From positions 139,177 through 203,176 of the forward strand of contig CAZHFU010000001.1 in assembly GCA_964531975.1 (NCBI GenBank): a stretch of 64,000 bases of DNA. The letters run 5' to 3'. Of the stretch, positions 28,846-38,800 are shown piece after piece; within the stretch, counting starts at the first letter, position 1; each line of letters opens with the position of its first letter. Below the pieces are notes generated by a model. The model did no database searches, was not told where the DNA came from, and worked only from the letters and a program-made list of their open reading frames with translations. Made by a program: the position numbers and the translations under genes. Source of the stretch: an uncultured Anaerolinea sp. Lineage in GTDB: Bacteria; Chloroflexota; Anaerolineae; Anaerolineales; UBA4823.

Positions 28846-31800
28846 TTAAACGTGGCTGTTCACCGGCAGCTCCAAAATGAGCGTGGAGCCGCAGCCGGCG
28901 CCTTCGCTTTCAGCCCACAGCCGACCGCCATGCAATTCCACTAATCGACGGCTGATAGGCAGGCCCAAGCCTGTGCCCCCGGCCTTGCGCGTGGTGGTGT
29001 TATCCACCTGGCTAAACGCCTCGAATATATCGTCCAGTTTCTCTTTAGGAATGCCAATCCCGGTATCACGGATGCGCACCTGAATACGATCTTCCAGCAC
29101 TTCCACACCGGTAACGCAGTGTTCCAATTCTATCGTGATTCCGCCCGTTTCGGTAAATTTGATGGCATTGCCCATCAGGTTAATTAGAATCTGGCGGATA
29201 CGTACATGGTCGGCGGCGACTACCCATTCACCGGCGGCATCGGCGTTCAGATGGACATACAAATTTTTATCTCTCGCCAAGGCCGCGCCGCTTTGAATAA
29301 CGTCATCGCACAAATCATACAGGTTAATCGGTTCGGGGCTAAGCGTCAGCCGGCCAGCTTCGATCTTTGCCATGTCTAACACATCATTGATGAGATTGAG
29401 CAGGTGCTTGCCGTTCTTCTCAATCAGGCCTAAATCTCCTTCCATCACATTGGTCAGCGGTCCATCCAGCCCTTCAACGATCACCTGGGTAAAGCCCAAA
29501 ATAGAGTTGAGCGGAGTGCGCAGCTCATGGCTCATGTTCGCCAGGAAGGCAGACTTCATGTTGTCCAATTCTCGCAGCCGCTCTACAGTGGCTAACTGCT
29601 CGGCATATAACTTGGCGTTTTGCAAGGCCACCGCCACTTGCGAGGCCAGCGTGGCGTAAGTACGAATGTCATCTTCCGTAAACCAGTTGACGACTTCGGA
29701 CTGGACATCGAAGACGCCCAACAGCACATTGCCAATCACCATCGGCACGGCCAGTTCCGAGCGTGTCATGGGTAAGAGTTCGTTTTCTAAGAACCCTTCC
29801 GCCTGGCGCACATCTCCAATCAGCTTGCCTTGACGGCTGCGGGCGGCTTGCGCCACAATACTATTGGGCTGGTCGGTGGGGATGGACCAACCTTCGGCCG
29901 TTTCCAACCGCCCCAATTCGCCAGCGCCTACGCTCAGGTTAAGAACAGTGGCGTCTTCGTTCATCAGATAAATGTGGGCGTGGTACAAACCAAAACGAAT
30001 TTGGGTGAGGTCTACCACCTGCTGCAGCAGTTCTTGTGGGTCGAGGATGGTAGCTGTGGCGGTCGAGACCTCCGCCACGGCCTGCAGCTCGACTGCGCTC
30101 TTCTGGGTTTGTTCCATCAGGCGGGCGCGCTCCAGGGCTTGCGCCACCTGTTCAGACACCGCCTGCAAGAAAGCTTCTTCCTCAGAGGTCATCCCCCGAG
30201 AACCATCGGGGCGCACCCCCAACACGCCAATCGTCTCGCCGCGCACCAACAAAGGCGCATCTACCGATGCCACCTGGGCCGACTGCCCGAACAACTCGGC
30301 GTAATCTTCCATGATGGGCGCAACCTGCACCCGGTTATACATGTAACCTTGCACACCGCCCAACTGTGTTTCGTAACTGGCCCATGCTTTGCGGCTCATC
30401 TGGCGCTCTAAGGAAGTAAGTTCCGCCACGCGTTCACGCAGGCTGCCTTGTAGACGTAAACCCTGAACCACAACCGCCGCCTGGCCGATTAGCGCAGTGA
30501 TGCGATTTAGCTCGCCTTCACTGATCCGTATCATATTGGCGGATTGGGCGGCAATTGCGCCGAACCACTCCCCTCCTGCCACCAACGGGAAGAATACAAA
30601 ACTACCCATGCTCAGGGTTTGATTAAATCTCGCGCCCACTTCCGCAGGGATGCGCGCATCGTTCAGCATATCTTGCACCACTAAGGGCGCATCCGGCCGC
30701 GCCGCCGACATCAAAGGAAATTGATTAAGTTGAGAGACCGAACCCGGCCGACTTAGCGGGGGTTTCCCCCCCGGCGTCCAAACCTCCGCGTTTAGCATAT
30801 AGGCCGGCGGTTTGCTCACCCAGGGTTGATCGAATAGCTCCAACGCCACCTGATCCATCTCCTGCAAACGACTGGCGTCTACCACCGCGATCAACACGTC
30901 TCGCAGCGAGTTTGAGCTGACCAGGCGCGCTGAGGCAGTGTATAAGGATTGCGTTTCGGAAAGCGCATCTTGGGTCTGCCTGAATAACCGGGCGCTTTCC
31001 AGAGCTTGTGATAGCTGATCGGAGACCAGGTGGATCATCTGCTTCTGTGCAAATGGAACCGGTTTACCATCTTCCGCTTCAAAGCGCAGCGTGCCAATCG
31101 GTTGGCCGCGCGCCTGCAGCGTTGTAACCACCGCATCTCCTACTCGCGTCGGTTTTGAAGGCCCGTGTTGATGCGATTTAACCCGAATTTCGCCCACTTC
31201 AACGGCAATGCGCCCTCGCATCATCTTGTTCAAATCTTTAACCACCACTTGCACAATCGCTTCTTCATCAAACGTGGCGCGCATGTTGGCGCTCATTTCG
31301 CGGAACGCCTGTTCCTGTGCAGCCCGCTCTTGCGCCAGGCTCAACAATCGGCGCGATTGCAGCGAGGCCGAAACCAGCGAGGCGACCTGTTGGAGCAGCG
31401 CCTGACGGCTTGGGTCAAACTGCGCCAGGCTGGCGCTAACTATATTCAGCACCCCGAAGGCGTCATTGCCCAGGAAAAGGGGCGCGCTCATTAAAGCGTG
31501 CATGCCCAATTTGCTCATCTGAACGCCTTCGACAACACTTTCCAGTTCGCCATCGCCCGGCCAGGTCATCAACCGGCGAGCATTAATCACCGCGCCGGCC
31601 GCGCTGCCCTTCGCTGGAACCGGATCGCCCACAGGAACAAGATTCTTGGCCGCCTCATCCAGCGCCAGCATGTCAAACTGCTGGTTTTTTACATCCAAAA
31701 CACCCAGCGAAGCCATCTCAAATTCAGCCACGCGGGCAGCAAAGCTCACCGCAATGGTCAGCAGCGCCTGCTCGCTGGCGGCCTGGCTCATTTCTGCCGC

Positions 31801-34800
31801 CACCTGGTTCAACGCCGCCAGGTTATCCGCCTGCTGTCGAGTTTGCGCCAGGATCTGCTCGCGCAGGGTCACATCGCGGGCAAAGACCAGCACCCCCCAC
31901 ACCTGCCCGGTTTCGTCTTGCAACGGCGCTCTCAGAACGTTGAAAACGCGCGGCTCATGATCTAATATCACGGGCGCATTGGGGTAGAGCCGCGCTTCCG
32001 CGCCCTCGAACAAGGCTTTGTCGTCGGCGGCGAAACCAGGAATGCCTTTTTCCGCGTCGCCGGTCATCATCGTCTCAGGCAGGCCCAGTTCCAGGTCGTC
32101 TTTGCCAAGGAAGGCCTCCGCCGGCAGGTGCAGCGCATCGGCGTAGCCGCTGTTGACAAGGCTGTAGCGGCCCTGTTGATCTTTAATGTAAATCCAGTCG
32201 GGTGTAGAATTGATGATCGTGCGCAGCAGCCCTTCCTGGGTGGCAAGGGTGGTAGCAGTTTCCCGTAAACGTTCCACTTGCTCAATCAACGCCAGGGCGC
32301 TAGAGGCCTGTCCGGCAATTGCCACCAACAGATCGCGCTCGCGCTCGGTATACATGCCGGGCCGAGAAGTGCTTTGCACCGAGATAACGCCCAAGACCCG
32401 GTCGCCAAAGATGAGCGGCACACCCAGCCATGAGAGCGCCGGTTTAGAATCGCCGAACACCACCGATTCAAGGCCGATGCTGCGCATTCCGGCGGTGACA
32501 TCGTCGCTAAAAAGCAGTGGCTTTTTGGTGCGGATAATGTAATCGGACATACTGGCGCGCAAGCTGCGCGTGGGAAGGTTGAGCGCGCTTTGTCCCCGGT
32601 ATGCAATGGGGAAGGAAACCTGCTGTGTCTCTTCGTTATAGAGCGCAATGAAGAAGCTCTCCGTTTCCATAAACTTTTGGGTGTTCTCATAAATCAGCCG
32701 AAGCGCCTTGTCTACATCTAGCGACGAGGAAATATCAAGGGCCATCTGATTTAATATTTCCACATTGCGCGATTCGGTCTGTATTGTTTGCAACAATTTA
32801 ACCCGCTCGGTCACATCCCGCACATAACCATAAACACCGATAATCTCACCGTTAGGATCACGCAACGGCAGCTTATAAGTATCCAAGAAATGCGTTTCGC
32901 CGTCTATTTCGTGCTCTTCACCATAGAGATACTGCGGTTCGCCGGTCTCCAACACGTGCTGGTCCACCTTCCACGAGCCTTCGATGCCCTTAGTTGGATT
33001 ACCGATCCTTAAACCTTCCGGGAAGCCTAATTGCAAGTCGTTTTTGCCCAGTAAAGCGTCAAGCGGCATACCCATAAACTTCGCAAACGCGTCATTTGCC
33101 AGGGTAAGAACATGATCCCGGTTCTTGACAAAGATCCAGTCGGGGGTCACATCAATGATCGTCCGAATAAAGACCTCAGACTGGCGCATCTCTTCATATT
33201 GACGGGCGTTCTGCAGCGTCACCGCCGCTTGGGCTGCCAAAGTCGTCATGATGTCCACATCTTCTTGCGAGAAATAGGCCAACTGGTCCGACTGAACATC
33301 CATTACGCCGATCAGATGATCGCCCGCTACCAGCGGCGCGGCCAACTCGGAACGTGTTTCCGGCAGCAATTCGTTGGGCAAGAACCCGGCTTCAGCGCGC
33401 ACATCGCTTACCACCTGACCCTGGCGTGTACGGGCTGCCCGCGCCACAATCGAAGTTTCCTTATCCAGGTCAATTTCCCAGCCGGTGGCTGTCATCGCGC
33501 GCCCCACATCTCCGGCCCCGGCCATCAACTTCAGGCGAAGGCCATCGTCCGATAGCAAGTAAATTTGGGCATGGTAAAGGTTTAGCTGCTCTTTGGTTAA
33601 ATCCACCGCGGCTTGCATCAGGTCTTGCACACCCATTGAATTGGCAATCGTGGTGCTAATGCGCGCCACAGCGGCCAACTGAACCGCCTGGCGCGTCATC
33701 GATTCGTACTGCTTAGAATAGGCCACCGCACGCGCGGTTTGTTGTGCAATCGAATACAGCACTTCCAGCTCGGCTTGACCATAGATATTAGCCGCTTTGA
33801 CGCTTTGCAGAGAAATGACCCCCAACACCCGATTGTTATAGGAAATCGGTACACCCACCCAAGAAAGGGGAACTTCGTCATCGCCCAGTGGGACGAAATC
33901 GATTCCCAGCTCTTTCATATGATCGACAACATTCTCACCAAATACCAGTTGGCGACCTGTGCGCAATATGTATTCAGTTAGCCCATTCAACGGAGAGCGA
34001 GTAGGCAAGAAGAACGGGGCGCCATCCACATACACCACGGGATAAGCAATCATATCGGATACTTCGTCGTACATTGCCACGAAGAAATTCTCCGTATCCA
34101 TCAAGCGCCCGGTGAAATGGTATACATGCTCGAGGATCTTGGTTAGATCTAACTCTGAAGAAATAGCGCGTCCCAGCTCATTAAGCGTCGCCAGTTCATG
34201 CAAGTGCCGCTCGGAACGCTCCCCAGCTTTGATCGTATCAATATACCCGCACACGCGAGAGATAATACTGCCCAGCAGCGCGCTTTCCGCATCCACAAAA
34301 TCGCGTGGCTCAGTATAAGCCACGTGGAGCCAACCAACCAGGTTATGCCCCACCCGCAGCCCGCCCACCACCTTCGCAGTTTGTTGCAGCGTGCGCGGAT
34401 CGCCATATATGGCGCCTTCGTATTCAATCGCCGAAATACATACTTCTGAATACTGAAAACCGGAGGGAATGCGTTTGCAAATCCAGCTTAAGAACTCGGG
34501 CAAGGGCGGCTTTTCGTCAATCTGATGGCCGATATCATTGAGGCAGTTGAGTTCACGCACCCGTTTCTCTAGCATATACGCCGTGCGATGCTGATGAGAA
34601 ATATCCTGCGCGATGGTTACAAAACGCAGCGGTTTCTGGTCTGCGTCCATCAGCAGAATAACATTGAGTTCCACCCACACCGCACGACCATCTTTATGTA
34701 CGTAGCGCTTCTCAATGCGGGCCGTCTGGGTCTTCCCTTCCACCATGGCCTTTAACGCTTCCGCGCCGACAGTTTTATCATCCGGATAAGTTAAATCTTG

Positions 34801-35076
34801 AAAATTTTTGCCAACCAACTCATCCTGTGTATACCCCAATAAGCGGGCGAATGCAGCGTTGATATGTAGTAAACGTCCATCTATCCCGGTCAATACCATC
34901 CCAAGCGCGATGGACTCGAAGACGGTCTTGTAGAGGGACTCTGCATCTTGGGAGGTATATGATCGAACCGCCGCGCCTATCGGGTCAAGCAAAGGCGCTG
35001 GCGATTCGCCCTCTTGCTTGGGCGCACCAGAAAAGATTTCATCAAGACGGTTTTTCAGATCGTCATTTTTTGGCAT
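28846..35076 (-). CDS. Giant soluble sensor histidine kinase (PAS, multiple GAF, PAS, GAF, PAS, GAF, half-GAF modules, GAF, HisKA, HATPase_c)
   Basis: 2076 aa with no TM segment seen. H-box MSHELRTPLN, N-box LINLMGNAIKFT, G-boxes DTGIGI and GGTGLGL. There are many GAF and PAS repeats. GGGAG SD upstream of ATG 35076. Confidence 0.9.
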   Translation of the reverse strand: MPKNDDLKNRLDEIFSGAPKQEGESPAPLLDPIGAAVRSYTSQDAESLYKTVFESIALGMVLTGIDGRLLHINAAFARLLGYTQDELVGKNFQDLTYPDDKTVGAEALKAMVEGKTQTARIEKRYVHKDGRAVWVELNVILLMDADQKPLRFVTIAQDISHQHRTAYMLEKRVRELNCLNDIGHQIDEKPPLPEFLSWICKRIPSGFQYSEVCISAIEYEGAIYGDPRTLQQTAKVVGGLRVGHNLVGWLHVAYTEPRDFVDAESALLGSIISRVCGYIDTIKAGERSERHLHELATLNELGRAISSELDLTKILEHVYHFTGRLMDTENFFVAMYDEVSDMIAYPVVYVDGAPFFLPTRSPLNGLTEYILRTGRQLVFGENVVDHMKELGIDFVPLGDDEVPLSWVGVPISYNNRVLGVISLQSVKAANIYGQAELEVLYSIAQQTARAVAYSKQYESMTRQAVQLAAVARISTTIANSMGVQDLMQAAVDLTKEQLNLYHAQIYLLSDDGLRLKLMAGAGDVGRAMTATGWEIDLDKETSIVARAARTRQGQVVSDVRAEAGFLPNELLPETRSELAAPLVAGDHLIGVMDVQSDQLAYFSQEDVDIMTTLAAQAAVTLQNARQYEEMRQSEVFIRTIIDVTPDWIFVKNRDHVLTLANDAFAKFMGMPLDALLGKNDLQLGFPEGLRIGNPTKGIEGSWKVDQHVLETGEPQYLYGEEHEIDGETHFLDTYKLPLRDPNGEIIGVYGYVRDVTERVKLLQTIQTESRNVEILNQMALDISSSLDVDKALRLIYENTQKFMETESFFIALYNEETQQVSFPIAYRGQSALNLPTRSLRASMSDYIIRTKKPLLFSDDVTAGMRSIGLESVVFGDSKPALSWLGVPLIFGDRVLGVISVQSTSRPGMYTERERDLLVAIAGQASSALALIEQVERLRETATTLATQEGLLRTIINSTPDWIYIKDQQGRYSLVNSGYADALHLPAEAFLGKDDLELGLPETMMTGDAEKGIPGFAADDKALFEGAEARLYPNAPVILDHEPRVFNVLRAPLQDETGQVWGVLVFARDVTLREQILAQTRQQADNLAALNQVAAEMSQAASEQALLTIAVSFAARVAEFEMASLGVLDVKNQQFDMLALDEAAKNLVPVGDPVPAKGSAAGAVINARRLMTWPGDGELESVVEGVQMSKLGMHALMSAPLFLGNDAFGVLNIVSASLAQFDPSRQALLQQVASLVSASLQSRRLLSLAQERAAQEQAFREMSANMRATFDEEAIVQVVVKDLNKMMRGRIAVEVGEIRVKSHQHGPSKPTRVGDAVVTTLQARGQPIGTLRFEAEDGKPVPFAQKQMIHLVSDQLSQALESARLFRQTQDALSETQSLYTASARLVSSNSLRDVLIAVVDASRLQEMDQVALELFDQPWVSKPPAYMLNAEVWTPGGKPPLSRPGSVSQLNQFPLMSAARPDAPLVVQDMLNDARIPAEVGARFNQTLSMGSFVFFPLVAGGEWFGAIAAQSANMIRISEGELNRITALIGQAAVVVQGLRLQGSLRERVAELTSLERQMSRKAWASYETQLGGVQGYMYNRVQVAPIMEDYAELFGQSAQVASVDAPLLVRGETIGVLGVRPDGSRGMTSEEEAFLQAVSEQVAQALERARLMEQTQKSAVELQAVAEVSTATATILDPQELLQQVVDLTQIRFGLYHAHIYLMNEDATVLNLSVGAGELGRLETAEGWSIPTDQPNSIVAQAARSRQGKLIGDVRQAEGFLENELLPMTRSELAVPMVIGNVLLGVFDVQSEVVNWFTEDDIRTYATLASQVAVALQNAKLYAEQLATVERLRELDNMKSAFLANMSHELRTPLNSILGFTQVIVEGLDGPLTNVMEGDLGLIEKNGKHLLNLINDVLDMAKIEAGRLTLSPEPINLYDLCDDVIQSGAALARDKNLYVHLNADAAGEWVVAADHVRIRQILINLMGNAIKFTETGGITIELEHCVTGVEVLEDRIQVRIRDTGIGIPKEKLDDIFEAFSQVDNTTTRKAGGTGLGLPISRRLVELHGGRLWAESEGAGCGSTLILELPVNSHV

Positions 35077-35885
35077 AGCATCAGCTCCCGCGCCAGGGCG
35101 CGATATTCGTTCGCGCTTCGGCTTTTGGCGGCGTACAGGTTAATGGGCTTGGCAAACAAAGCGCTCTCTCGCAAACGGGCGTCGAGGGGTATTTGCGTTT
35201 CGAACAGGCAGCCGCTAAATTTCTGTCGATATTGGTCGGCAAACAGGCGGCTCAATCTTGTGCGGCCATCGAACATCGTAATCACCAAACGATGTTCGAT
35301 AGACGGGTTGATATTTTTGCGCAAAATTCCTAACAGGCGCAAATAAGTGTTCAGCGACTGCATTGAAAAATAATCGCAGCCCACCGGAATCAGCGCCAGC
35401 GAACAAGCCGCCAGAGCGTTAATTGTTAGTGGAGCAAAACTAGGCGGACAATCGCACAACACCACATCATAATAAGCAAATTCGCCCACCGCTGCGCCAG
35501 GGGCTTCTAAGGCGCGTTTTAGGCGATATTCATACGCGCTGGCGGTATGGAGCATCTTCTCCACCAGGATGAGACCGCGGTTGGCGGGGGCCACTTCCAG
35601 GTTGTTGATGGGCGTTTCTCGGCTTACATCGGTTAGAGCAGCTTGCATCAACAAAGCGTCGCCAATTGACAGGCGTAAGGTTTCCGGGTTAATGCCTAAA
35701 GCCTGGGTGAGATGCGCCTGGGGGTCAAGATCGATCAGCAGAACCTTGAAACCAAGCTCAGCCAGCGCCGCGCCTAATGAAAGGCAGGTGGTGGTTTTGC
35801 CAACCCCACCCTTTTGACTGCTGACGGCAATCCAGGGCCTGATCCCAGCCGAAGGGGCCGGGTTTATTTCTACCGGCAGGTTCAT
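35055..35885 (-). CDS. Orphan ParA/Soj-family ATPase
   Basis: 276 aa. Deviant Walker A SSQKGGVGKTTT, LLIDLDPQ, Walker B-like VVLCDCPP. No parB nearby. Confidence 0.85.
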   Translation of the reverse strand: MNLPVEINPAPSAGIRPWIAVSSQKGGVGKTTTCLSLGAALAELGFKVLLIDLDPQAHLTQALGINPETLRLSIGDALLMQAALTDVSRETPINNLEVAPANRGLILVEKMLHTASAYEYRLKRALEAPGAAVGEFAYYDVVLCDCPPSFAPLTINALAACSLALIPVGCDYFSMQSLNTYLRLLGILRKNINPSIEHRLVITMFDGRTRLSRLFADQYRQKFSGCLFETQIPLDARLRESALFAKPINLYAAKSRSANEYRALARELMLCQKMTI

Positions 35886-38800
35886 TCGGATTCCCTGTCC
35901 TTCTGGCTGCCCAAGTAAATATATGCGGGCAGACCCATCGCTTTGCCCACCTCTTCTACAGCACGGCGCATAATCGTATTGACATCCGGAGCGTTCACCA
36001 CCTCCGCCGTCACCTGGCGAATGCGCTGTTCGCGCTGCGCTCTGGATTGGGCTTGCTCAAGCAGCAAGCGGCTTTGAACAGCAATCGCCGCCTGGCCTGC
36101 CACAGCTGAAAGGCGGGTTTGTTCGTCCACAGGGAAGTCTACCGGCTTATCGTAAAAACCCTGGATGAACCCAATCATTTGTTTGCCCAACATCAATGGA
36201 AAAACCACCGAGCTGCACCCCATAAACACATCCTGGAACAAAGTGCGGGTCAACCGATCCAGACGTGCATCATTGGCAATGTCCGACATGATGACTGGTT
36301 GTTCGGTAAACAACCCCCCTGGGCGGGCTTCAAAAGCGCTCAGCGGGTAACGTTCGGCCACGTTGAGACCGGGCGCCGCCCGGAAGGCCACCGGGAAAAT
36401 CCATTCGGGGCGATGCTCGGCAGTCAATGGGCGATCAAAAACCGCCATCATCAGCAGCGGCGATGCGCTCCCCAACAAGGTGCGCTCGGCAAGGGTGTGT
36501 AAAATATCCTGGTAACCGCCGGCGGCGTTCATCTCCGCGATCATGCTGTAAAGCGTCTCAGTATCGGCCAGGGCCGCTTGAGTCTGGCTGAATAAGCGAG
36601 CGCTTTCTAACGCCAGCGCCACCTGATCCGACATACCTTGCAGCAAATCCAACTCATCCGGAGATAATGGGTGCTGCCTATCAGCCTGCACCGCCAACGC
36701 GCCAATCACATCCCCACGCAGGGTCAACGGCACGGCCGCCACACCCTGGCCGGGCAGGTTTACAAAGGCGTTGGCTTGCATGGCTTGCCGGCTTTCCTCC
36801 AGCCAACGCCCGTCATCTGGCGCTACCTCGAGCCGGTCATAATAATAGCCGGTTTGCGCTCCCTGGCGCTGGCGCAGCGCCTGCCATCCCTGGCGGCTCA
36901 CGGTGCGATACAAATTATCGATTTCGGCCAGGCGTTCTGCTGTCTCTTGCTGCAAACGCTCGCGGTCGCTAATATCGCGAACAAAGCTCAGTACGCCGGT
37001 CGCCTTACCATCCTCCCCCACCAAAGGAAGCTTTAGCGTGGAAAGGAAGCGCATTTCGCCGCCCACCATAGAGGCCTTCGAATCCATCGATTTTATTGTC
37101 AGAGTACGGGCCACTTCATCGTCTTCTTGCCAGGCGCCCACCAGGCCTTGCTCGGCATCGCCTTTGACCGCCCTTTCATCAAAGCCAAGTTCTAATTCAT
37201 CCTTGTCGATTAAATCCTCTTTATTCAACCCCAAACTTTCGGCAAAACTACGGTTAACCAGTTGGAAGCGGTGGTTCAAATCCTTGATATATATCCAATC
37301 GGGGCTGGCATCAATGATGGTGCGCACCAGTGCTTCGGACTGTTGGGTCTGCTGATACTGCCTGGCGTTCTGATATGCCACGGCAATTTGCGCGGCCAGG
37401 GTGGTCTGGATCGCCACATCCGCTGGGGTGAAACGCCCCGCAGTATCCGATTGAATATCTAACGCGCCCAAGATGGTATCGCCCGCAATGAGCGGTACGA
37501 CCATTTCCGCGGCGGTTTTTTGCAGCAGTTCGTTAGCCATATAATAAGGGTCTTGATCGATCCGATTAGAAATCACGCCCTGACGCAGCCGGATAGCCCG
37601 TGCAGCCAGTGATCTCTCGCTATCGGTATTAATCCGCCAGCCCTGGCTAGATAGGCGCTCACCCACCTGGCCCGCTCCTGCCTTCAATTCCAAAATTCCA
37701 CGGTCGGCATCGAGCAAGTATACCTGCACATAGTAAAAGCCAAACGAGGTTTGAATGCGGTTTACTGCTCGCTGCAGCAAACTGGCCGGGTTGGAGATGG
37801 CATTGATCTCGGCGCTGATTTGGGCTACCTTCGCCAATTCATCCACTTGCTGGGCCAAGGCTTGCTCCGTTTTCTTGGCGCTTTCCATATCAGTAATCAC
37901 ATCGGCAATATAGAGAGGATGCTCCTGAGCGTCTTTAATCAAAAACATGTTTTCAAGGGTTGGGCGAATGCTTCCATCCGGCCTTTGCAGGGCCATTTCC
38001 CCCACCCATTGCCCATCCCGGTATATCGTCGATATAATATCATCGAGCTGCTGACGAAATTGCGGTGGATAATAGGCGCTCGCTTGCGTTTGCTGTTCAG
38101 GATCGAGCGATTCTTTTCCTAACAGGCGAAGCAGAGCGGGGTTGGCGTAGAATAATTCTCCGTCCAAATGCGCCAGGCTCATGCCCTGTCCGGAGCTATC
38201 GGCGAAGCGGCGGAAAACGGATACATCTTGTAATGCTGCTTGTGTATCGGCGTACTGTCGGGCGTTTTCGAAGGCGACGCCAAGCTGGTTAGCCAACGCG
38301 CTCAGCAGGTCCACATCGGTCTGGCTAAGCCCATTAGCCATATCCGACTGAACATCCAACACTCCCACCACGCGCTCGCCCACCATTACCGGCACCGCCG
38401 CCTCGCTGCGTGTTTCAGGCAGAAGCGGATTGGGCAGCCAGCCTCTTTCAGAGCGGGCATCCGCCGCCAAGATGGGTTTTCCGCTATCTGCGGCGCGCCC
38501 CACCAGGCCGCGCCCGCGGGGCACTTTATGCTCAGATTGCAACAGGCTTTGACCCGCCTTGCCCGTGGCCGCCTTAAGCTCCAGGGTCTCCTTGGGGTCA
38601 TCCCACAAGTAAACCTGGGTATGGTAATAACCATACGCCTGCTGCACATCCTCCACCACCGCCGTCGCCAAGTCAATCGGGTTCAAGATGGTGGTCAAGC
38701 GCCGGCTAATTTCTGCGTTGGTTTGTAGGGCGCGGGTGCGCTCTGCCACCCGAACCTCCAAGGACTGGCGCATCTCTTCGAGCTGCTTATTTATCGCCCG

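Noticed and set aside
28831-28848. Possible stop-codon readthrough fusing the 2076-aa kinase to ThrC-REC, which share a frame separated by a single TAA.
   Set aside because: Two adjacent genes share a frame by chance one time in three. A GGAGG lies between the stop and the proposed start, which argues for re-initiation. No recoding signal is evident.
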